This document shows, piece by piece, positions 12,065-24,266 of a DNA stretch of 64,000 nucleotides. Both the position numbers and the translations under genes were made by a program. Below the pieces are notes generated by a model, which ran no database searches, was not told where the DNA came from, and saw only the letters and a program-made list of their open reading frames with translations. Positions within the stretch are counted from its first letter, which is position 1, and every line of letters begins with the position of its first letter. This DNA is from Macrostomum hystrix (lineage: Eukaryota; Animalia; Platyhelminthes), in assembly GCA_950097015.1 (NCBI GenBank), contig CATNEN010000003.1:6944001-7008000 (forward strand), given 5' to 3'.

Positions 12065-15000
12065 TTAATGTATCCAATCCAATCGACACAACCGTCCAGT
12101 GACCTGACCATCGGCCAGGACACCGCCCTGAAGCCAGGCAACGCCGGTGGTCGGGCAGACGCTAGAAACAGCGCCGGAGACGGCAGACTCGGTCGGCGCC
12201 TGGCCGCAGTCGAAAGCTGCGGAGCCGCAGCGGTCCAGAAGGACAAAATGCGATGTCGGGCCTTTGTCCCGGCCGGTGAATGTCTCGCCGCCGTAGAGCA
12301 AAATCCGACCGTCGCCAGCGGCGAAAGCGGCATGACTTCGACGACCGTTTCGGCGGGGGTCGCTCAACCGGCAGGGGATGGACTTGGCGTCAAGGACGGC
12401 GGAGGCAAAGGAAGCGGCAGCGCGACAGATGGGGCCTGGGCGGTGAAATACGACGGCTTAGTTTTTACAAGCGCACAAGTAAACGACATTAAAGTACATT
12501 CGAACAAGTACTACTTAAGTATGCTAGAACTAAAAAAGTACGTTTAAGTACTAATAAAGTACGCTAGTAATAATAAAGTACGCTAGTAATAATAAAGTAC
12601 GCAAGTAAAAATAAAGTACGCAAGTAAAAATAAAGTACGCTAGTACTAATAAAGTACTGTGTTGCTAAAGTACTGTAAGCTAGTACTAAAATAAAATTTG
12701 GCCTGTGTCCATCAGACAAAGAATACTCACTAGGCATCAGACCACGAAAAGTGTGCACCTCGGCGAGATGATCGGCTCGACCGCCAGTCACAACGAGCGA
12801 TCGTCCACGACCGGAGCCGCCGTCGTCAGCCAGGGCCACCGTGGCGTGGCCGCTGCGCGAGCCGACAACAATGCCGGGCTCTGAATAGGCGCAGGCGGCC
12901 GGTCGGCTGGCCCGGCCAGTCAGAAGGAAGGCGTTGCCGGATCTGCGCTGGGTGCGCAGCGAGCCTTCGCGACCAATCAGCAGGGCGGAAAATCTGTCGC
13001 TATCGCCACCGCTGGCTGATGGACGCCAGTAAAATGTAAAAAAAAATATTTTTGCGCGTGGGCCTCTCATCCATCTACTTTCTCGACTCATCTCTCTCAC
13101 TAAATTTCTCTTCCCATCTGATCCCAAACTTTATCTTCCTTTCTGATCCCAAACTTTATCTTCCCATCTGATCCCAAACTTTGTCCTCCTATCTGATCCC
13201 AAACTTTCTCCTCCTATCTGATCCCAAACTTTATCTTCCCATCTGATCCCAAAGTTTATCTTCCCATCTGATCCCAAACTTTGTCCTCCTATCTGATCCC
13301 AAACTTTCTCCTCCTATTTGATCCCAAACTTTATCTTCCCATCTGATCCCAAACTTTCTCTTCCCATCTGATCCCAAACTTTATCTTCCCATCTGATCCC
13401 AAACTTTCTCCTCCTATCTGATCCCAAACTTTATCTTCCCATCTGATCCCAAACTTTATCTTCCTTTCTGATCCCAAACTTTATCTTCCCATCTGATCCC
13501 AAACTTTGTCCTCCTATCTGATCCCAAACTTTCTCCTCCTATCTGATCCCAAACTTTATCTTCCCATCTGATCCCAAAGTTTATCTTCCCATCTGATCCC
13601 AAACTTTCTCCTCCTATCTGATCCCAAACTTTCTCCTCCTATTTGATCCCAAACTTTATCTTCCCATCTGATCCCAAACTTTCTCTTCCCATCTGATCCC
13701 AAACTTTATCTTCCTATCTGATCCCAAACTTTCTCCTCCTATTTGATCCCAAACTTTATCTTCCCATCAGATCCCAAACTTTCTCTTCCCATCTGATCCC
13801 AAACTTTATCTTCCCATCTGATCCCAAACTTTCTCCTCCTATCTGATCCCAAACTTTATCTTCCCATCTGATCCCAAACTTTATCTTCCCATCTGATCCC
13901 AAACTTTATCTTCCCATCTGATCCCAAACTTTATCTTCCCATCTGATCCCAAAATTTATCTTCCCATCTGATCCCAAACTTTCTCCTCCTATCTGATCCC
14001 AAACTTTATCTTCCCATCTGATCCCAAAGTTTATCTTCCCATCTGATCCCAAACTTTGTCCTCCTATCTGATCCCAAACTTTCTCCTCCTATCTGATCCC
14101 AAACTTTATCTTCCCATCTGATCCCAAAGTTTATCTTCCCATCTGATCCCAAACTTTCTCCTCCTATCTGATCCCAAACTTTCTCCTCCTATTTGATCCC
14201 AAACTTTATCTTCCCATCTGATCCCAAACTTTCTCTTCCCATCCGATCCCAAACTTTATCTTCCCATCTGATCCCAAACTTTGTCCTCCTATCTGATCCC
14301 AAACTTTCTCCTCCTATCTGATCCCAAACTTTATCTTCCCATCTGATCCCAAAGTTTAGCCTCCTATCTGATCCCAAACTTTATCTTCCCATCTGATCCC
14401 AAACTTTCTCCTCCTATCTGATCCCAAACTTTCTCCTCCTATTTGATCCCAAACTTTATCTTCCCATCTGATCCCAAACTTTCTCTTCCCATCTGATCCC
14501 AAACTTTATCTTCCCATCTGATCCCAAACTTTCTCCTCCTATCTGATCCCAAACTTTATCTTCCCATCTGATCCCAAACTTTATCTTCCCATCTGATCCC
14601 AAACTTTATCTTCCCATCTGATCCCAAACTTTATCTTCCCATCTGATCCCAAAATTTATCTTCCCATCTGATCCCAAACTTTATCTTCCCATCTGATCCC
14701 AAACTTTATCTTCCCATCTGATCCCAAACTTTATCTTCCCATCTGATCCCAAACTTTGTCCTCCTATCTGATCCCAAACTTTCTCCTCCTATCTGATCCC
14801 AAACTTTATCTTCCCATCTGATCCCAAAGTTTATCTTCCCATCTGATCCCAAACTTTCTCCTCCTATCTGATCCCAAACTTTCTCCTCCTATTTGATCCC
14901 AAACTTTATCTTCCCATCTGATCCCAAACTTTCTCTTCCCATCCGATCCCAAACTTTATCTTCCCATCTGATCCCAAACTTTCTCCTCCTATCTGATCCC

Positions 15001-15779
15001 AAACTTTATCTTCCCATCTGATCCCAAAGTTTATCTTCCCATCTGATCCCAAACTTTATCTTCCCATCTGATCCCAAACTTTCTCTTCCCATCTGATCCC
15101 AAACTTTATCTTCCCATCTGATCCCAAACTTTGTCCTCCTATCTGATCCCAAACTTTCTCCTCCTATCTGATCCCAAACTTTATCTTCCCATCTGATCCC
15201 AAACTTTCTCTTCCCATATGATCCCAAACTTTATCTTCCCATCTGATCCCAAACTTTATTTTCCCATCTGATACAAACTTTCTCTTCCTATCTGATCCCA
15301 AACTTTCTCTTCCCATAAGATCCCCAGTTTCTCTACCCACCGGTAGCGCCGCTGGTCGTAGCAACCGCGGTGGCCGTGTGGCCACTGAGTCCAGCTCCCT
15401 TGGGGAAATCAGCCGGCTGAGCACTGCCGACCCATCTGCTCTCGACCGTGTCGTAGCAGGCCAATCCGCTGGTCCGTTGACGACCATCCCAACCGCCTAG
15501 CAACAACAGGTAGCGGTTGGCAACGGCCAGAGAGGCGTGACCGCACAGCGCGGGAGATTCCGAGCTAGTCAGATTGGTCCAAGCTCCACTATCTAATTGG
15601 CACCGGTGCAATTGATTGACAGGTGTCTGGCCGCGATACTGCTCCACACCGCCGTGAATGTACAGGCAGCCGGCAATCACCTGGCCAGTGTGTTCCGTCA
15701 CACGAGGTCCGCCAACTGGACTAACAGAATGCCAGGTTAGGCCAATCGAATCCGAACCAGCTGGCGAAGGTTTCGACAT
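12065..15779 (-). CDS. KLHDC9: Kelch domain-containing protein 9-like; exons 15341-15779, 12731-13015, 12065-12456
   Basis: Kelch motifs LYIHGG, LLLLGGWDGRQR, AGLSGHT, GREGSLRTQRR, SRSGH, LLYGGETFT and terminal LDWI match KLHDC9. Both introns are phase 1 with GT-AG ends. Confidence 0.85.
13105..15325. repeat. 25-bp minisatellite (ATCTGATCCCAAACTTTATCTTCCC) filling KLHDC9 intron 1, about 88 copies
   Basis: Direct tandem periodicity with recurrent variant units. Confidence 0.97.
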
Positions 15780-15917
15780 TTGGCTGACGTTAGCCGACGA
15801 CCTGCGACACCGAAGGCGGCAGCTGCCTTCTAGTTGGTAACTGCTGGGAGACACGACTAGCGGTAATACTGACTCACTCTGGCTTCACAAGCTTGCACAG
15901 TGACTGTCCTGCCATAT

Positions 15918-17000
15918 GATGTCCTATAGTGTCCTATCCTATCCTGTCCTATAGTGTCCTATCCTATCCTGTCCTATAGTGTCCTATCCTATCCTGTCCT
16001 ATAGTGTCCTATCCTATCCTGTCCTATAGTGTCCTATCCTATCCTGTCCTAGTGTCCTATCCTATCCTGTCCTATAGTGTCCTATCCTATCCTGTCCTAT
16101 AGTGTCCTATCCTATCCTGCCCTATAGTGTCCTATCCTATCCTGTCCTGTTGTGTCCTATCCTATCATGTCCTATATAGTGTCCTATCCTATCCTGTCCT
16201 ATAGTGTCCTATCCTATCCTGTCCTATAGTGTCCTATCCTATCCTGTCCTATAGTGTCCTATCCTATCCTGTCCTATAGTGTCCTATCCTATCCTGTCCT
16301 ATAGTGTCCTATCCTATCCTGTCCTATAGTGTCCTATCCTATCCTGTCCTATAGTGTCCTATCCTATCCTGTCCTATAGTGTCCTATCCTATCCTGTCCT
16401 ATAGTGTCCTATCCTATCCTGCCCTATAGTGTCCTATCCTATCCTGTCCTGTTGTGTCCTATCCTATCCTGTCCTGTTGTGTCCTATCCTATCCTGTCCT
16501 GTTGTGTCCTATCCTGTCCTGTTGTGTCCTATCCTATCCTGTCCTGTTGTGTCCTATCCTATCCTGTCCTGTTGTGTCCTATCCTATCCAGTCCTATCCT
16601 GTCCTATAGTGTCCTATCCTATCCTGTCCTATAGTGTCCTATCCTATCCTGTCCTATAGTGTCCTATCCTATCCTGCCCTATAGTGTCCTATCCTATCCT
16701 GTCCTATAGTGTCCTATCCTATCCTGTCCTATAGTGTCCTATCCTATCCTGCCCTATAGTGTCCTATCCTATCCTGTCCTGTTGTGTCCTATCCTATCCT
16801 GTCCTGTTGTGTCCTATCCTATCCAGTCCTATCCTGTCCTATAGTGTCCTATCCTATCCTGTCCTATAGTGTCCTATCCTATCCTGTCCTATCCTATCCT
16901 GTCCAGTCCTATTCAATCCAGTCCAGTCCTATCCTATCATGTCCAGTCCTATTCTATTTTGTCCTATCCTGTCCTGTCCTATCCTGTCTTGTCTTATTCT
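15918..17000. repeat. 25-bp satellite built from CCTAT/CCTGT pentamers (ATAGTGTCCTATCCTATCCTGTCCT)
   Basis: Direct tandem periodicity between NPRL3 and KLHDC9. Confidence 0.95.
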
Positions 17001-17409
17001 ATCGTATACAATTTTTCGTCTTTCTACCAGTTTTTTCATTCAGTTGAAAGGCAATAAGAAGCAGAAAAAGAATAAGCTTTAATCACATAATTATTGATCT
17101 ATTGAGTCTGAATCTGTTTACAGCAATATTGCATTCAGAGTGATTTGCCTAGTGACACTTCGATTTTAATAGTTACGAAATGATTAGTGGATGGAAAACA
17201 ACACTATACATGCGGCTCTAGAGTGCATTTTACTGTATCATATCTGTAAGATAAATAAATAACAAAGCAAACAATAACATGACTTGTAATCAGAATAGAG
17301 AGAACAATCAATCTAAAAAATGTACATAAAAATTTAAAACAAACTAATAAAATACGTTTTATTTCCTTAAGTAGCCTACTAACAGTAGAAATAGAAGAAA
17401 AACGCCAGA

Positions 17410-20400
17410 TTAGGAAAGACCGAAAAAAGGCTGGCAAGCCCTATCAGGCAGCATGGTGGCTACCAGTATCGGTTGGAATTTGTCTACTAGGGCCACAATC
17501 TGAGACCGATGCCTGACCAGGTGATGAGCCAGGTGTTCAATGTGACAGCTGCGCGATTCGTCCAATTCTAATAGGTCGACAGCGTCGGCTAGCAGTTCTA
17601 GATCGGCCGGCTCGGCAGACTGGGGCAGACGTTGAATCACCAGCTGGGCGCACGGGGCCAGGCGCTCTCGGAGACGGGCTGGAAGCTGCGGCAATCTGGG
17701 ATTGGAATGAACGGTTGCTACGGTAAATAACTATTGGCTGCTAGGGAAAAAATTATTTGTTAGGGTAAATAACAAATAGTTGCTAAGGTCAATAATTAAT
17801 GGTTGCTAAGTCCGGCAGTTATCGTTTGCCAGGGAAAAAATAGTTTTGCTAGTTTAAATTTCGAATGGTTGCTAGGGAAAAATTATACTTTGCTACAGTT
17901 GCTAGGCGCAATTAGTTAATTGTTGCTATGGTAAATATTGAATGGTCACTTTGGAAAACATTGGTTGCTAAGGTAAATAAGTGGTTGCTAGGTTGGTAGA
18001 CGAATTAATAAATAGCTGCTAGAGAAAAAAGGTTGCTAAGGTAAATAACTAATGGTTTCTAGGGGCTATACCGAGCGTTTGCTTGGGTCGAAAGTAATTA
18101 GGTGAATGATCAGAAAGGGTCTGTAATAAATGGTTGCTATGGTCAATAGAAATGTTGTTAGGGTCAATATAAGTTTATAAAAAGGTACAAAATTAGAACT
18201 TATTTACAAACGGAAACTATGATGCATTTAGAGGCTAAAGTCTACATAAATTGGTTGCTAAGGACAGCAAAACTCATGGATTTGGAGACATTTGATTGTC
18301 GGCGCCGCCAAAAACGGCGTCGGTAACGTCGATCGGATCGGGCAGGAAGGTCACGTAGGTGTGCAGCTGAAGAAGCAGGCGCCGTCTGATCAGCCAGGTC
18401 AGGAGGTCGGGTGGCAGGTCGGCGGCCGGCTCGCGATCGCGCAGATCGCCCAGAGGAGCGTGCAGAGAGAATGCGGCCAACACCTGCGAGATGGTGGGAT
18501 CAGATGTGAGCTTGGATTGGGATCTATGGATTAGGATTGGGATCTATGGATTAGGATTGGGATTTGTAGATTAGGATTGGGATCTATGGATTAGGATTGG
18601 GATCTGTAGATTGGGATTGGGATCTGTAGATTAGGATTGGGATCTATGGATTAGGATTGGGATCTGTAGATAAGGATTGGGATTTGTAGATTAGGATTGG
18701 GATCTGTGGATTAGGATTGGGATCTATGGATTAGGATTGAGATCTGTAGATTAGGATTGGGATCTATGGAATAGGATTGAGATCTGTAGATTAGGATTGG
18801 GATCTATGGATTAGGATTAAGATCTATGGATTAGGATTGGGATCTTTGGATTAGGATTGAGATCTGTAGATTAGGATTGGGATCTATGGATTAGGATTGA
18901 GATCTGTAGATAAGGATTGGGATCTATGGATTAGGATTGGGATCTGTAGATAAGGATTGGGATTTGTAGATTAGGATTGGGATCTGTGGATTAGGATTGG
19001 GATTTGTAGATTAGGATTGGGATCTATGGATTAGGATTGGGATCTGTAGATTGGGATTGGGATCTGTAGATTAGGATTGGGATCTATGGATTAGGATTGA
19101 GATCTGTAGATTAGGATTGGGATCTATGGATTAGGATTGAGATCTGTAGATTAGGATTGGGATCTATGGATTAGGATTGGGATCTGTAGATAAGGATTGG
19201 GATCTATGGATTAGGATTGAGATCTGTAGATTAGGATTGGGATCTATGGATTAGGATTGAGATCTGTAGATTAGGATTGGGATCTATGGATTAGGATTGA
19301 GATCTGTAGATTAGGATTGGGATCTATGGATTAGGATTGAGATCTGTAGATTAGGATTGGGATCTATGTATTAGGATTGAGATCTGTAGATTAGGATTGG
19401 GATCTATGGATTAGGATTGAGATCTGTAGATAAGGATTGGGATCTATGGATTAGGATTGGGATCTGTAGATAAGGATTGGGATTTGTAGATTAGGATTGG
19501 GATCTGTGGATTAGGATTGGGATTTGTAGATTAGGATTGGGATCTATGGATTAGGATTGGGATCTGTAGATTGGGATTGGGATCTGTAGATTAGGATTGG
19601 GATCTATGGATTAGGATTGAGATCTGTAGATTAGGATTGGGATCTATGGATTAGGATTGAGATCTGTAGATTAGGATTGGGATCTATGGATTAGGATTGA
19701 GATCTGTAGATTAGGATTGGGATCTATGGATTAGGATTGGGATCTGTAGATAAGGATTGGGATTTGTAGATTAGGATTGGGATCTGTGGATTAGGATTGG
19801 GATCTATGGATTAGGATTGGGATCTGTAGATTGGGATTGGGATCTGTAGATTAGGATTGGGATCTATGGATTAGGATTGAGATCTGTAGATTAGGATTGG
19901 GATCTATGGATTAGGATTGAGATCTGTAGATTAGGATTGGGATCTATGGATTAGGATTGAGATCTGTAGATTAGGATTGGGATCTGTGGATTAGGATTGG
20001 GATCTGTGGATTAGGATTGGGATCTGTGGATTAGGATTGGGATCTGTGGATAAGGATTGGGATTTGTAGATTAGGATTGGGATCTATGGATTAGGATTGG
20101 GATCTGTGGATTAGGATTGGGATCTGTGGATTAGGATTGGGATCTGTGGATTAAGGTTTGGATGTTTCGATCAAGATTTTGATCAAAAGTACAATTCGAA
20201 TCTTCGAATCCCAGAAATATCCCAGAGGAGAGAAGTACCTCAGCCAAGCTTGGCAGCGGCTGCGAGAATTTATCGCACTGACTCTGATAGTCGGCAATAA
20301 TGTTCGGACTCTCTTCTAGAAGCACATCCATTCTAGGATTGAGCACGTAGACGTTGGTCTCGGAGATGGGATGACAGACAATGGCCCAGCCCCACCGGAT

Positions 20401-23042
20401 CAGATGCTGAGCCAATTGTAGAGCAACAGAATAAGCTATGTCGGTCTCCAAGCGGACATCCAGAAGTGTTTTTTCAGGTGCCAGGGCTCGTAGAAACCGA
20501 AGCAGCAGCGGATTGCAGTCGATTGGCAGGTCGACGCCAGGACAGCCGTCAAGCCCGCCGATCACATTCGGATTCGATTTCACATCAATCAGTGGCAGAA
20601 TGCAGTGATAGGGCTGCAGGCCGGCTAGACAAGACTCAACTAGGCTGGGTAGCACATAACAACGACCTGTTTGAGAGCATGTGGGCCACTTTGGAATTTG
20701 AGTACAATTCAATCTGATCAACTACACTGTCCGGGTCATTCACATTTGATATAAGAGTTTGCGATTTGGAGGAATGCTTGGGAATGGGATAGATTCTTTC
20801 CAGATTAACCTTATCTTGTCCTGCCCTGTCCTGTCTTATATTGTCCTATCCTATCTAATTCTGTCTTATCCTGTACTATCCTGTCCTATCCTAGATCCTA
20901 GCCTGTTCTATTCTAGATCCTAGCCTGTCCTATCCTAGATCCTAGCCTGTCCTATCCTAGATCCTAGCCTGTCCTATCCTAGATCCTATTCAGTCTTATC
21001 CTGTCCAATCCTATCCTAGATCCTGTCCTGTCCTGTCCTGTCCTATCCTAGATCCTATCCTGTCCTGTCCTATCCTAGATCCTATCCTATCCTAGATCCT
21101 ATCCTGTCCTGTCCTATCCTAGATCCTATCCTGTCCTGTACTATCCTAGATCCTATCCTGTCCTGTCCTATCCTAGATCCTATCCTGTCCTATCCTAGAT
21201 CCTGTCCTGTCCTATCCTATCCTAGATCCTATCCTATCTTATCCTGTCATATCCTATCCTCTCCTATCCTATCTTTATCTCGACACAATTTCTCACATAC
21301 AGTTATAAAATTGGAAGTAAAGTCTTCGCTTTTGATTGCTATTTTCAAACCGTTTTCCCAATGCTTTTTAACAAAGGAAACATGACACTTAAAAAAACAT
21401 CATCGCCAAAACAGCGAGTAGTTGATGTTGTTTCACCTGCCAAACGGTGCATCTTGTGAGCCAGACAGAAACTAACAGGCAGCCAGTTGTTAACCCGTAG
21501 GCTAACCCGGCCAGTTTTGCATATCTGGCGAAATACTGTGGTGAGACTGCCGCACAGCTGGCAGCGGTCGCTTAGACGATCTACGATTTGCTGCGGGTGT
21601 GAAAAATTATTCAAAGTTTACCTCTTAAAAAACTATTAATTACTGTCGGATTTAAGAAGAAATGATAACAGAGTTTTTGAGCATAAGATATAATAAATAT
21701 ATCTTAACTACGAGTATTACAAAAAGGAACGAATTACAGAATTTCAAATAATTTTGATGGACAAAAAAGAAAATTCGTTACTTTTTTAACCTAAAGTAAC
21801 CTAAAGATATTTTATTAATCCGTAGTTTTTTACCGAAAAATTTTGTTTACTACAAAAGTCACTTTCACAAAATTTATAAATTTATTAAAAACCCGTTACT
21901 TTTATTTCAAGAAAACAACAGGATATATTTATTATCCGTTAATTCTATAAAACAAATAATGGATCGACTTTTTATTATTTCGGATTAACGCTTTAATTCT
22001 AAAAAAACTAACGATTCAAGAATTATCCGTTATCTAAGAAGGAAATAGCAAGAATACTTCAGAACTTAGTGGCACTGACCAGTTTATCCTGCCTCGCGTC
22101 ATCAAACTCAGACATCAGCTGATTAATAAGATCCTGCTGATTGTGCAAATATCTGCAGCGCTTCTCTTCGTGTCTCAAAGCAGTTGTGAGCTGGCGAGCC
22201 AGCTGAATGTAAAGCTTGTTGATGCTCTTCGGTGCGCTGCACTTGACGGCGAATATGATGCAGAATGTGCTGATAGAAGACCGGGCACTTTTGTGATGCT
22301 GCTGCTGCTGCTGCTGCTGATTCTGATGCTGTTGGGCAAGGCTCAATGATGATGAGTCGTTAACCCCAGACGAAGCATTATCGCATTTTCCGACAATATC
22401 TCCGGCACTACAAGTTGTATCCCCAGCTGCTGACAGACTCTCAGAATAGCCCAGAAAAACAATGTCGTCAACTTTGATTTCAAATGCTCGCTGAGTCATA
22501 ACAGCTTTAGCTGATAGTATCGATGCTAATGCTTCGTCAGGCAGGCAGACTGTGACCTCGGCTGAATTATTGCCAGTGTGTACAAGCAGGCTAAACTGGC
22601 TAGACACTGACGCTGCGTCGGCAGCCACAGAAGCCGCCGAGGCCGCCGCCGCCGCAGCAGCGGCTGCGATGGCTTGGGCGCCACCGCTGGACGAAGCCAA
22701 AATGTCAGTAGTTAAAGCCGCAGCAGGCGCGGTCGCTGGAGACGACGCAGCGGCGGTCGCCGCGACCGAGTTGACGGAGGCGGCTGATGACACGGACTTG
22801 CTGGGACTCGATACGGCGGCTGCGGCTGCGGCGGCGACCGCACCAGCCGAGGAGTTGACAGCCATGGCTGAGGCGGACGCTGCTGACGAAGGCGCCATGC
22901 TGGCATCGGGATTCGAAGCCAATGGCAGCGGAGGATAGCGGAATAACAGTCGATCGCCAGTGGAACCGGAAGTGACAAGAAAGATACCGATTGGGTCCAG
23001 CTGACCGGCCGACCAGCGGGCGTACGAGGCGCCGACTGTCAT
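17410..23042 (-). CDS. NPRL3: GATOR1 subunit NPRL3; exons 22080-23042, 21437-21590, 20239-20666, ~18278-18483, 17410-17695
   Basis: Conserved blocks PIGIFLVTSGSTGDRLLFRYP, FEIKVDDIVFLG, LRHEEKRCRYL, VNNWLPVSFCLAHK, PYH, HLIRWGWAIVCHPISETNVY, RRLLLQLHTYV, RSQIVALVDKF. The exon 4 donor is uncertain. Confidence 0.9.
17712..18262. repeat. Degenerate AT-rich repeat with about 15 GTTGCTA(A/G/T)GGTAAA-like cores in last NPRL3 intron
   Basis: Recurrent ggttgctaagg/gttgctatgg/gttgctaggg motifs at irregular spacing. Confidence 0.7.
18513..20153. repeat. 20-bp minisatellite (GGATTAGGATTGGGATCT(A/G)T), partly a 40-bp alternating higher-order unit, in NPRL3 intron
   Basis: Direct tandem periodicity of 20. 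Confidence 0.97.
20808..21280. repeat. CCTAT/CCTGT/CCTAGAT simple-sequence array in NPRL3 intron
   Basis: Pentamer-based repeat related to the 15918-17000 array. Confidence 0.9.
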
Positions 23043-23151
23043 TTTTGGAGAAGTTTCTAAGAAAAGAAACTAGACAGTGGCTTGACAGCTGAAGTTTTTA
23101 CATTTATATTGAGTTGTGCTTTACGTTAGGATTTAGATACCACGGTCAAAG

Positions 23152-23540
23152 TAGAGCACACCTGAAGGTCATGATGATAGAGGACACCTGAAGGTCATGA
23201 TGATAGAGGACACCTGAAGGTCATGATGACAGAGTACATCTGAAGGTCATGATAAAAGAGTACATCTGAAGGTCATGATGACAGAGTACATCTGAAGGTC
23301 ATGGTAAAAGAGTACACCTGAAGGTCATGATGACAGAGTACACCTGAAGGTCATGATGATAGAGCACACCTGAGGGTCATGATGATAGAGTACACCTGAA
23401 GGTCAAGATGACAGAGCACGCCTGAAGGTCATGATGACAGAGCACGCCTGAAGGTCATGATGACAGAGCACGCCTGAAGGTCATGATGACAGAGCACGCC
23501 TGAAGGTCATGATGACAGAGCAAAGTTAAAGGTCATGATA
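23152..23540. repeat. 25-bp minisatellite (ACACCTGAAGGTCATGATGACAGAG), about 15 copies
   Basis: Direct tandem periodicity just upstream of the NPRL3 acceptor at 23057. Confidence 0.95.
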
Positions 23541-23896
23541 GCTAGGATATTTAGACATACGAAGAACAATCTGTACAAGCAATTAAGCAATAAAAATTTA
23601 GAAAGAAAATGCTACCTTTGGAATAATAAAATTGACACCATAAAGTAATTACTATTTTATTAAAAATTTTAAATGCTTGCCTTAATAATGCAATTTGATT
23701 TAAGAAAACATGCAGAATAAATAAGCACAGAAATATTTAATATTATTGCTTCATTATGATTTTGATTAGATTTGTAAAATTACAAATGCAAAATTTAGAA
23801 GTTTTGTTGACAGTTTGTTAACAGGGTAAACGGCACGAGTAACTATCGATGCACTTACTATAGATGAATTCTTCGTCATCTAATTAGTTGATTAGA

Positions 23897-24232
23897 CTAC
23901 AGAAATTCAATAGTGTCGGCTTCAAATGAGACCACATTGTTAGGCACAGACCAAGGGGTGGCTGATGCTGCGGCTGCGGCAGTAGAAGCGGCACCTTTAT
24001 CTTCAGCTTCGATGTTGACAGACGGAGCGTGAAATTGAACCAGTGCGTCAACGAATGACTTGCGAGGCATTTGCTGCTGCTGCTGCTGTTGCTTTATTGG
24101 TTTAACAGGCTCGGCCGTTAAACTATCCTCCTTAGATCCAGACGCGACCGCGTTTAAAATATCGTCCAAATCGTCTAGCGTAGCCAGACCGCCGCCGCCG
24201 TTAGTATCCGGGCACTCCTCTTCCCACGCCTC
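23897..24232 (-). CDS. Probable last coding exon (acidic/low-complexity tail) of the POLE3-like gene
   Basis: Phase-0 acceptor ctcaacag|GAG matches the phase-0 donor CTG|gtgaga at 34053. The frame is open and acidic (EAWEEECPD..LDDLDD) with polyQ, and has no ATG at its 5' end (first in-frame ATG only after the polyQ). Confidence 0.55.
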   Translation of the reverse strand, partial: EAWEEECPDTNGGGGLATLDDLDDILNAVASGSKEDSLTAEPVKPIKQQQQQQQMPRKSFVDALVQFHAPSVNIEAEDKGAASTAAAAASATPWSVPNNVVSFEADTIEFL

Positions 24233-24266
24233 CTGTTGAGTTTGAGAACTGACTGTTAACAGCAGG

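Noticed and set aside
12035-12547. + strand 170-aa ORF and similar antisense ORFs over GC-rich exons
   Set aside because: Shadow ORFs opposite conserved - strand exons.
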